From sequence record KU726251.1: a stretch of DNA of 64,000 nt, one strand, 5' to 3'. The translations under genes and the position numbers were made by a program. A model generated the notes under the pieces. The model did no database searches and had not been told where the DNA came from. It saw only the letters and a list, made by a program, of their open reading frames with translations. This document shows positions 56,155 to 64,000 of the stretch, piece by piece; the stretch's first letter is position 1, and every line of letters begins with the position of its first letter.

Positions 56155-56916
56155 ATGAAAATGAAAACTATCAATCTGCTTACTCTGGCTAATGGCTCTA
56201 TCGAACGTAGCGAAGACGACGGTGCTATCCTGCAAGCAACCAACGGCTTTAAAATTATACTGTCCCCAATTCAATTCACCGGCTTACAAGTCTGGCTGCG
56301 CGAAATCAACAAACGCAAACTGCCGCGCCGTATGGCGGTTGGCGACCTGCTCTTTACACTGGATAACGTTGACGGTGTTAAACCGGAACTGTACGAAGTT
56401 CAGTACAAAGCCGCAGTCGACACACTGCGCCTGAAGAAAGGGGAAGAAATCAAATTCATTCCGGTGACCTATAATGGTAACAATTACCTGCAGATGGAAG
56501 ACACCCCGTTCGCTGTGCACGTCACTGACACTGCTGTTGAATTGGTCATTGCCTTTGGTCTGGTTGCGACACCGGCGGTACTGGAAATCAGCGAAGACCC
56601 ACTGCAAGATTTCGGTACGCTGTTCGATACCATGCTGGGTGGCATGAAACTCGGGAATATCACCAAGGTCATCCGCCGTATTCCGATTCTGAATGCGCAG
56701 CCGAAAGTGATGACCCTGGCAGAAAGCATGACGGAACACCCGGAGCTGACTGCTGAAGAAATTCAGGCGCAAGAAGAAGCAATTGAAGAAGAACGTCAGA
56801 ACGCCCAGCGTGAAGCCATGAAGCCGTTCCGTGGTTTCCTGGATGCTATCTTCGACTGTGCGAACTCGCTGATGAAACCAGTTGAAGTGAAAACCGCTGA
56901 AGAACCAGCAGCGTAA
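56155..56916 (+). CDS. hypothetical protein
   Basis: TAAGGA RBS, 253 aa. Confidence 0.8.
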   Translation: MKMKTINLLTLANGSIERSEDDGAILQATNGFKIILSPIQFTGLQVWLREINKRKLPRRMAVGDLLFTLDNVDGVKPELYEVQYKAAVDTLRLKKGEEIKFIPVTYNGNNYLQMEDTPFAVHVTDTAVELVIAFGLVATPAVLEISEDPLQDFGTLFDTMLGGMKLGNITKVIRRIPILNAQPKVMTLAESMTEHPELTAEEIQAQEEAIEEERQNAQREAMKPFRGFLDAIFDCANSLMKPVEVKTAEEPAA

Positions 56917-56942
56917 ATATTACGTTAGCCTGAAACCGTATG
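56914..56942 (+). promoter_or_regulatory. AAATATTAC-N15-TATG candidate promoter
   Basis: TTAC 56920-56923, TATG 56939-56942. Confidence 0.55.
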
Positions 56943-56974
56943 TAATCGACCATTAATCTTAAGGAGTATTTATA

Positions 56975-57520
56975 ATGAAACGTGTCAATCTTAAAGATAT
57001 TATTAGCGTAAGTAACGATAAATCATCGCCCCTTTGGGATGAGGTTACTACGCTGCAATTTAGTACCAGTGTCATGACAATCCCGCGTCCAGTTATGATT
57101 GGTCTGGGCGTATTCATTTTAGAATGTGATCGTCGTGCAGCAGGCACGCACATTCTAACGTACGGTGGGTACGAGTTTGTCGTCGAAGGTGAACTTAACA
57201 AACATTGCTCGGAGAGCATCATCGGTCTTTGGAAATACTTAATCGATGCGGGATTGTCCGACATGTCTAAAGTCTGTAGTCACGATTACGGTAAGTTGGA
57301 GCATTTTGTTCGTCGTAACGGTGAGCGTGTTCCGGTGACGATTGATGGTTACCAGACCAAAATGGTCACCGCGCCTTACAGCGCTGAGGGGATACGTGCA
57401 ACGCTTTACATTCGCCAGACGCTCGTACGCGATGACCTGTTAGACGAAGCAGAGCAAACTCTACATGGTCGTGTTGTGAACCTCGCACCGTCTTACGACG
57501 CGCAGCGTATGGTTCAATGA
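56975..57520 (+). CDS. hypothetical protein
   Basis: TAAGGAG RBS. Confidence 0.8.
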   Translation: MKRVNLKDIISVSNDKSSPLWDEVTTLQFSTSVMTIPRPVMIGLGVFILECDRRAAGTHILTYGGYEFVVEGELNKHCSESIIGLWKYLIDAGLSDMSKVCSHDYGKLEHFVRRNGERVPVTIDGYQTKMVTAPYSAEGIRATLYIRQTLVRDDLLDEAEQTLHGRVVNLAPSYDAQRMVQ

Positions 57521-57526
57521 TTTAAT

Positions 57527-57557
57527 AAGGTGGCCTAACATGCCACCTTCTTTTTTG
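57527..57557 (+). terminator. intrinsic terminator
   Basis: AAGGTGGC-CTAACAT-GCCACCTT + T run. Confidence 0.75.
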
Positions 57558-57564
57558 GGATTGT

Positions 57565-57939
57565 TTGATGACCGATAAATTTAAATTTGAGATGACGCCA
57601 GAAACCGCAAACGTAGAACCGCAGATTCGCCTCCGTGTACGAGATGTCGAATACTGTCTAGCGGTAGTTGAAGAAGACCTGGCAGAGGCCTTGTTGCTGC
57701 TCGGCGACAGGGAATGGCTTGGTACGCTAACTATTAGGCTTAAGAGGCCGTTGGTTGGTAGTGGGATGTTTGCAGGTTGCTGTACGAACAGTCTGTTGGT
57801 CGATGTGGATGCCAGAACGGTATCACTGTCGGTGATTCTGGACTATCCGGTGACATTCTCGTATAGCCGTCTTGAATTTAGTCGCCATTTACGCCACGCA
57901 ATGAAAGAATTATCTAAAGCCCGTAGGAGCAAACCGTGA
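57565..57939 (+). CDS. hypothetical protein
   Basis: 124 aa, GTGA overlap with DHFR. Confidence 0.65.
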   Translation: MMTDKFKFEMTPETANVEPQIRLRVRDVEYCLAVVEEDLAEALLLLGDREWLGTLTIRLKRPLVGSGMFAGCCTNSLLVDVDARTVSLSVILDYPVTFSYSRLEFSRHLRHAMKELSKARRSKP

Positions 57940-58487
57940 AACTCTCTATTATCGTCGCGATGGACCGCAACAACGCCATCGGTAAAAACAATGAACTGCC
58001 GTGGCGTCTGCCTGCCGACCTGGCTAACTTTAAGGCAATTACCACAGGGAAGAACGTTATCATGGGTAGTAAGACCTGGGAATCGTTAGGTTGTCGTCCT
58101 TTGCCTAACCGCGGTAACTTAATTGTTACTCGTAACCCAGAAAGTTATATTAGTGGCCGGGAAGAACACACGGACATGCGTTTGGTGACGTATCACACGA
58201 GTATTGATTTAGCTATCAAAGCTCTGGAGCGTATTGAAAAAGATACCGGTAAAGAGCAAGAGGTGATGATTATCGGCGGCGCATCAGTTTATCAACAAAC
58301 CCTCGCTCGCGCGGATCGTATTTATCTATCGCGTATTGACATTGCTGTTGAAGGCGCAGATGCGTTCTTCCCAGAAATCGACAGAGATGTTTTTCAAGTC
58401 GACTACACCATGACCCATTTACCCGACGGCCAGAAACACACGCACCGTTGGACGTATCAAATTTTAAATCGTATCGCTGGAGTTTAA
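57936..58487 (+). CDS. folA: dihydrofolate reductase
   Basis: IVAMDRNNAIGKNNELPWRLPADL, VIMGSKTWES, PLPNR, IIGGA, DAFFP. Confidence 0.95.
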   Translation: MKLSIIVAMDRNNAIGKNNELPWRLPADLANFKAITTGKNVIMGSKTWESLGCRPLPNRGNLIVTRNPESYISGREEHTDMRLVTYHTSIDLAIKALERIEKDTGKEQEVMIIGGASVYQQTLARADRIYLSRIDIAVEGADAFFPEIDRDVFQVDYTMTHLPDGQKHTHRWTYQILNRIAGV

Positions 58488-58488
58488 A

Positions 58489-58818
58489 GTGGAAAAGAAA
58501 TCTGTTAAAGGTTACGTGATGGAAGTAACCCCAAAAGCGGCTGAACTGGCGAAAGAGTATACCGATTGTATTCTACCACTGACCTCAATTGTGGTTTGCG
58601 AGGGTTCCTTCTATCTCATTTTCGGCAGCAACGAGCTGGTTTATGCATACATCGATGACCCTGATCAAGTTACAGCCCTCTCTATCGCGATGGGTAAAAG
58701 GTTATCAGACAAGATGATTGAATTCGTTGTCGGGCAAACGATGGACATTATCCGCAATCCGGTTGGGCACAGCGGAATAAAATGTAAGAAGTGGCAGCTG
58801 GCTTGGCTGGCCCACTAA
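58489..58818 (+). CDS. hypothetical protein
   Basis: GGAG RBS + GTG; ends at terminator. Confidence 0.65.
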   Translation: MEKKSVKGYVMEVTPKAAELAKEYTDCILPLTSIVVCEGSFYLIFGSNELVYAYIDDPDQVTALSIAMGKRLSDKMIEFVVGQTMDIIRNPVGHSGIKCKKWQLAWLAH

Positions 58819-58823
58819 AACAC

Positions 58824-58853
58824 GAAGGGAGTTTCGGCTCCCTTTCTTTTTTT
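58824..58853 (+). terminator. intrinsic terminator
   Basis: AAGGGAGT-TTCG-GCTCCCTT + T run. Confidence 0.8.
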
Positions 58854-58894
58854 GCGTTTTAGGCCAGTGATATGACTACAACGAGGGACAGCTA

Positions 58895-60397
58895 ATGCAA
58901 CAGTATTTTGAAATTCCATCGTTGGACAAGACCATGCGCAAAGCTGTGGTCGACGGCGTCGTAGAACGTGTGCTAAACGAATCTGGTATTGAACGTGCCA
59001 GTGTTGTTTTCACGGATAGCTTCAACACCGCCCATCAGCCAGGCTCTACGCTCGGCGATGAGACACCGGTGGACTATTCAGCACCGAACCGTGTCTACGT
59101 CGAAGTGGAAGAAGAACGTGATGAACGTGCACGCATTAACCGTCAAGTTGGGTTAGCGGCAGAGATTCCATTCTTCCATAACCCCGAAGACCAAGTACGC
59201 GCTGCTCCTGTCCGCGTAATGTATAACGTGACCATCACGCTCCGGCGTGTCGGCCCATCACGCGACGAATTGTTACGTTGGGCGAACCGCCTGGATTCAC
59301 TTATCGACATGGGTCGCTATTCGACCATGACGGAATCCGAAGCGTATTACTTGATTCCAAAACCTGCGCTTAAGCTATTGAACGAATGCTATATTGCCGC
59401 AGGGACCCGTGTGCCGAAATACGATGACTTTAAAGCCTATCTAAAGGCACATTTCACACCCGACGTTTTCACCACAGGCAATGTCGCCGGTGGCCAGAAT
59501 GTCTTAGCGGTGCGTTATGCACCAACCCGTATCGAGACGGTTTACGATGTTATCTCTCCTACCTGGGATAACGACGAAAACCATTACGAGACCAGCTTCG
59601 TTATACGCTTCTCGTATCAGCGACCCGAAGAGGTGGTGATTACCTACCCGTACATCATCAACCAGACACCGTTGCCTGATGAATGGTGGCCTGAGATAGA
59701 CCCACCGTTTGTGAGTAATGAAGAGGGTGTGCAACGTCACCAACAGCAAAAGAACCTCGACGGCACTTGGTGGATTAATGAATCTCGCCAGTTCTTACGC
59801 CTACCGTATCTGCTGTCACCGACAGAACAGTTCGAACGTACACACTCGCCTCTAAAAGCAAAGCTTCTGCATGTGTTCGGCACCGATGTAGCCTTCGGTG
59901 AAGAAAACATGATCGACCCTGAGGTTTGTAGTATCGATGATTTACCGTATGTCTGGAATGCCGACGTGGTTCCTTATATCGAGCACTGTCGCACGATAGA
60001 CCCGACTGGTCAGACGGGCATTATCCGTATGGAATTGTTCGAGAACGGTCAAATCATTGAACCACGTTTCTACCATTGGGAAAACGGCGTCTTCTCGCTA
60101 CGTAACCGTGAAGTTCATGTCGAGAAAGCGTACTACTTAACAGAGTCGGCAATACACGACTGGCGTAATATGGACTTATGGCCACTGCATCTTTATCCAA
60201 AAGCGGCAAAAGTGCTTATTGAGTGGTTATTCCCAGATTGGGATTGTCCGGATTGGTGGTGGGATAAACCTGTGTTACCACCAAGTGTGATTGATGAAAT
60301 CACGAAGTTCTATCGCCGTGTCCTGTTGACGCAATTTAATACCACGATTATAGCCATCAGAGGAGCCGATAATGCTCAAGGCGAACAAGAGGGGTGA
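58895..60397 (+). CDS. putative virion structural protein
   Basis: TATG at 58871, GAGG RBS, first of four coupled genes; function from recalled synteny. Confidence 0.7.
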   Translation: MQQYFEIPSLDKTMRKAVVDGVVERVLNESGIERASVVFTDSFNTAHQPGSTLGDETPVDYSAPNRVYVEVEEERDERARINRQVGLAAEIPFFHNPEDQVRAAPVRVMYNVTITLRRVGPSRDELLRWANRLDSLIDMGRYSTMTESEAYYLIPKPALKLLNECYIAAGTRVPKYDDFKAYLKAHFTPDVFTTGNVAGGQNVLAVRYAPTRIETVYDVISPTWDNDENHYETSFVIRFSYQRPEEVVITYPYIINQTPLPDEWWPEIDPPFVSNEEGVQRHQQQKNLDGTWWINESRQFLRLPYLLSPTEQFERTHSPLKAKLLHVFGTDVAFGEENMIDPEVCSIDDLPYVWNADVVPYIEHCRTIDPTGQTGIIRMELFENGQIIEPRFYHWENGVFSLRNREVHVEKAYYLTESAIHDWRNMDLWPLHLYPKAAKVLIEWLFPDWDCPDWWWDKPVLPPSVIDEITKFYRRVLLTQFNTTIIAIRGADNAQGEQEG

Positions 60398-61727
60398 TAC
60401 TAAATTCGTTCCTGTTGAACCTGAGATTCCGATTATCAATAAACCGCAGGACGGGGTGAAAGAAGCCAGCAACTTGGTAACGATTCCAACCCGCACCACG
60501 GTAACGGACTTCGACAGGATTCCGAAACAGTATCTCCTGCAATACAACGAAGGTTCTGAATGGCCGGTTGATTTTTATCACGCGTTGTCGGGTCGCAACG
60601 ATCCGAAGACGATGTTCGATACTCAGAATGACAGCCCTACGCAACAGCTGCTTAAGATTGTTAATCTGTCATTACGTGTTAACGCACCGCTCGACCGTAC
60701 GCAGGACGAACAACGTAAGACTTTCGAACTGACCGGGACGTCGACCCTGGTAGCATCGATTACACCGAACGAGGGTGACTTCTTTGTTGCGCCGATAGGC
60801 GACCATCGACACGGACTGTTTAACATCACTGCCGTTACCCGAATGTCGAACAACAAAATTGCAACGTACCAGATACGTTACACGATGTTGTACGAGATTA
60901 CACCGCAGATTGCAGAGACGATTCGTCTGTGCACTGTGAGAACGCTCCATTACGTCCGTGAGCGCGCGTGGACCGGTGGTGATACCTTACTGACCCCCAA
61001 CGAGTATCGCACGTTCCTGGAGCTGGGAGACCGCATTAAGGACATTGAGACGACGTTTGTTCGCCGTTTCTACGATACCAGTTTAGAAACCCTCGCCTAT
61101 CCACGTGACTGGAAACTTGACGGGTTAAAGGCAGGTGGCTACTACGACGTCTTCTTGGCGATGTTTGTGAAGGCTATCGGTCTTCGAACCGTTGGTAAAG
61201 ATATCCGTATTTACCCACACCCGCCGAAACCTGTGCAAGATATCGAAACGCTGTTCACGGTGTTGTTAAATCAACAGCCAGGACTACTACCGTACGTCGA
61301 GAAAGAATGCAGCGCAGTTAACCCGCGCACTTTCAGAACGATGCAGACCCGCAACACCATCGCGTGGTCACAGTTCAGTTCAACGCGCTTCTTTACATCA
61401 CAGATTCGTCAGTTGGCAACGTACGATGGGGAGTGGCCTGAGTTCGAAGCATTCGAACCGGTTATGTTCCCTGAGTATCAGGGCAACGCAGGCGAGGATA
61501 TGGTGGCTTTTCTGCCGTTGACGTATAAACCCTACCTGTTAAGCGAAACGTTCTATAGCGGCTCGTACAGCTCGGTTCTGGAGCATTGTTTGTACCTGTA
61601 TCTGAACAAACAACCGGTACCTAGTGAAGTGGCTGCGCGTTTAGCAGAATTGGTGCTGGCTTTACCGAAGGACAGTCAGTTCTATTACGTCCCGATGGTC
61701 TACGTGATTTTGAAATACGCGAGGTAG
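60372..61727 (+). CDS. putative virion structural protein
   Basis: AGGAG RBS; coupled operon. Confidence 0.7.
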   Translation: MLKANKRGDTKFVPVEPEIPIINKPQDGVKEASNLVTIPTRTTVTDFDRIPKQYLLQYNEGSEWPVDFYHALSGRNDPKTMFDTQNDSPTQQLLKIVNLSLRVNAPLDRTQDEQRKTFELTGTSTLVASITPNEGDFFVAPIGDHRHGLFNITAVTRMSNNKIATYQIRYTMLYEITPQIAETIRLCTVRTLHYVRERAWTGGDTLLTPNEYRTFLELGDRIKDIETTFVRRFYDTSLETLAYPRDWKLDGLKAGGYYDVFLAMFVKAIGLRTVGKDIRIYPHPPKPVQDIETLFTVLLNQQPGLLPYVEKECSAVNPRTFRTMQTRNTIAWSQFSSTRFFTSQIRQLATYDGEWPEFEAFEPVMFPEYQGNAGEDMVAFLPLTYKPYLLSETFYSGSYSSVLEHCLYLYLNKQPVPSEVAARLAELVLALPKDSQFYYVPMVYVILKYAR

Positions 61728-61729
61728 TA

Positions 61730-62269
61730 ATGTCGGAGAAGAAGCGCAGTGCAGCATTTATGCTGTTTAAAGCGTGGGTGTTCTTCCGGGTACCGGAATA
61801 CGCAACCATCACAACCTACGCCAGTCAGGAACACGGATTGTTCTTGCCAGAAGACCCGAAGAAACGACAAGCGTTGTTACTGAACATGAAGCCTATCTAT
61901 CTGCACCCCTCAGAAGCTGCTGAGTATTTAGCGACCGGTGGTGCGTTAGATGTACACGACCCGCATGACGGGATTAAAGTGTACGGGTGGATTATGGAAC
62001 ACCTTGCGGACTGGCTGAACTATCTGGAGAACCCGACGCTGATTTACCGGGAAGTCCCTATCGAAGGGTTGCGTCAGTTCAATGTGCTGGCTTCGAAACT
62101 GTTTCCTGTGGCTAACCGCTACGGGTATTTCAAGAAACCCACGGCAACGATGGCGGACTGTGTTCAGTCGTTATTTGGGCAGGTCCGCCTGGAGTCTAAA
62201 CTCCACCGTTTTAATGATACGATTATGAAACGTATTGAGTACGCTTATAGAGCCCGAGGAGGTCGCTAA
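61730..62269 (+). CDS. hypothetical protein
   Basis: GAGG RBS; coupled operon. Confidence 0.7.
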   Translation: MSEKKRSAAFMLFKAWVFFRVPEYATITTYASQEHGLFLPEDPKKRQALLLNMKPIYLHPSEAAEYLATGGALDVHDPHDGIKVYGWIMEHLADWLNYLENPTLIYREVPIEGLRQFNVLASKLFPVANRYGYFKKPTATMADCVQSLFGQVRLESKLHRFNDTIMKRIEYAYRARGGR

Positions 62270-63582
62270 TGTCGTTTGGTCGGTTACAACAGATGGCGAA
62301 CGGTCACATCGCTAATGCTCGGGGGTTACCGGCTATCGACTACGGGATATTCCTCACGGTACACGGTGCCCCAGTGACGGTGTTGAAGATGCTGTCTATC
62401 ATTCACACCGGTCACTTTACGCGTGATATCTGTTTATTGACACATCTCACCTTGGCTATACCCTACAGCCACATGCGAATGATCACGTCGTCCGCAGAAG
62501 GGGATTTGAAGGTAAAGCTGTTATTGCGTCGTGGACAGAAAATCGCGGGGGTCTTTAACTACCGCGGCATCGTGATAAATAACCGCGACCACAACGCGGA
62601 AACACCGACGATGTTCTTGAGTCAGTCTGATGAGAAATCTATCGCTTTGGTAACATTGGAGCTGATGGATGAGTCGATGTGGTTCCTGCGTAATCGTCAA
62701 GTGGGCGGCATCTACCACGAAACAGATGGGTTAACAGTGGCACGCTCGATACTGGCGGATACGTTGCCGGAAGGGGTGGCTGCAGAGGGGCAGTTGAAAG
62801 GGATTGAATACGATGAAGAAGAACAGCAGGCATATCGGGACATCGTTATACCAGACTCCGAAGACTTCTTAAGCGTGTTTGATTATCTGCAGAACCATTA
62901 CGGTGTTTACAGCAAAGGTATTGGGGTCTTCCAATACCTACAACGATGGTATCTGTATCGACCTTGGGACTCGTTGAAGTTTAATAACACAACGAAGCCT
63001 AAACTGGTCATCTATAATCTGCCTCGTGAACAGGCTGCTCACATTGACCGCACCACTGATATCGCGGGTAATGTTATCTATCTGATTTGTGGCGGCGACA
63101 CCAGTAGTTTGGAATACCGTGACCAGGCCGCGCTTAACCACGGTACGGGTTACCGGGTAGGGTCTGTACGTGTGTTGGATGGGCGTAGTAGTTCATTTAC
63201 GCCTGGCGACATCAGTATGACCACACCTGATAAGTTTGTGGCGCAGGCCGACCCTGCTGCGTATCCAGGCGGCGTGGTTAACGCACCAATCGATCCTGAT
63301 AAACACTTTAGTGATACCGATAAACCGCAGCGGTCTAAACTGGAGATGGGTCTGGGTACGATTGTGCAAACAACCTGGAACCGTTCAACGCACGGCATCC
63401 TATATCCTGGTATGCCAGTAAAATACGTTTTTGCCAACGAGTATGGGGTCTATACCCGCTACGGCACGTTGGTGGGTGAAGTGTTCCAGTCTGCTGTCGA
63501 CGGTCAAACGATGGCATCAGGACGTTATAACACCCAATCACAACTGAGTCTTTGGCTCAAAGATGAAAAATTTACAGCTTAG
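62269..63582 (+). CDS. putative virion structural protein (neck or baseplate hub)
   Basis: GGAGG RBS, TAATG overlap; beta-rich. Confidence 0.65.
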   Translation: MSFGRLQQMANGHIANARGLPAIDYGIFLTVHGAPVTVLKMLSIIHTGHFTRDICLLTHLTLAIPYSHMRMITSSAEGDLKVKLLLRRGQKIAGVFNYRGIVINNRDHNAETPTMFLSQSDEKSIALVTLELMDESMWFLRNRQVGGIYHETDGLTVARSILADTLPEGVAAEGQLKGIEYDEEEQQAYRDIVIPDSEDFLSVFDYLQNHYGVYSKGIGVFQYLQRWYLYRPWDSLKFNNTTKPKLVIYNLPREQAAHIDRTTDIAGNVIYLICGGDTSSLEYRDQAALNHGTGYRVGSVRVLDGRSSSFTPGDISMTTPDKFVAQADPAAYPGGVVNAPIDPDKHFSDTDKPQRSKLEMGLGTIVQTTWNRSTHGILYPGMPVKYVFANEYGVYTRYGTLVGEVFQSAVDGQTMASGRYNTQSQLSLWLKDEKFTA

Positions 63583-63594
63583 TCATCTAGTATG
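63566..63594 (+). promoter_or_regulatory. AAAAATTTAC-N15-TATG candidate promoter
   Basis: TTAC 63572-63575, TATG 63591-63594. Confidence 0.55.
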
Positions 63595-63625
63595 ACCCGT
63601 AAGTAACCTTAAGGAAAATATTGCA

Positions 63626-64000
63626 ATGAAAGCGATTCACACCTTTCGCATGACCGGCCAAACTGTTCTCGACATTGATGCGTACGAAGCCGCTAACTTC
63701 ACCAAACCGACCAAGCTCTGGGATCGCCTGGTTAAGGTACTACCGCAGAGCGGTGAGGTGCAGTTGGATTTTGTCATGGCATCGACGTTGGATAAGACAG
63801 TGGCAGTTATTTATACTGCTGACGGTGTGCAGAGTAAGAAGGACCTGGCAATCGAAGATAAAGGCGGGCTGGGTTATCACTTGTTCCTGCACTGCGTAAC
63901 CACTGCACCGATTTCAGCTGCGCTGGCGGGTCAGTACGGTTTCGCGAATGCGTATTTCCTGGCACAGAAACTCGCCGTGAATGTTATTCCGGGTGACGTG
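63626..64000 (+). CDS. hypothetical protein, partial (runs off the window; not in ORF track)
   Basis: TAAGGA RBS, ATG 63626, 125 open codons MKAIHTFRMTGQTVLDIDAY…. Confidence 0.75.
   Translation, partial: MKAIHTFRMTGQTVLDIDAYEAANFTKPTKLWDRLVKVLPQSGEVQLDFVMASTLDKTVAVIYTADGVQSKKDLAIEDKGGLGYHLFLHCVTTAPISAALAGQYGFANAYFLAQKLAVNVIPGDV

Noticed and set aside
4171-58853. Recurrent C-TTCG-G hairpins as a novel repeat family
   Set aside because: These are ordinary UUCG-capped intrinsic terminators with unrelated stems, common in large phages
1-64000. CRISPR array, transposase, integrase or retron
   Set aside because: No regularly spaced repeats and no recognisable Cas, DDE, recombinase or reverse-transcriptase motifs seen by eye

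Overview
This window is part of a phiKZ-like, nucleus-forming jumbo myovirus genome (Chimalliviridae). From recalled gene order, not a database search, it closely follows the start of the Salmonella phage SPN3US / Seoulvirus layout. Positions 1-3258 are mostly non-coding. They hold tRNA-Trp, a tRNA-like element with a shortened anticodon arm, an atypical CAT tRNA, an HslV-like protease gene and several densely base-paired islands that look like unannotated structured RNAs. The core block that follows encodes a split family-B DNA polymerase (11347-13626 and 41024-42808), chimallin, non-virion RNA polymerase subunits, an SbcD-like nuclease, ChmC-like and PicA/Imp1-like proteins, an SF2 helicase and a virion RNAP beta-prime subunit. 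Head and baseplate proteins, DHFR and further virion genes come after it. Two recurring promoter motifs and many UUCG-capped terminators are visible. Six genes, including three essential ones, are broken by an apparently missing single base, most likely sequencing error. The best leads are (1) a probable hidden G/GT-type -1 programmed frameshift at T-TTT-TTC (37753-37759) in a tail-chaperone-like gene pair, masked here by a local 22-nt duplication, and (2) the cluster of promoter-linked structured RNA candidates around the tRNAs.
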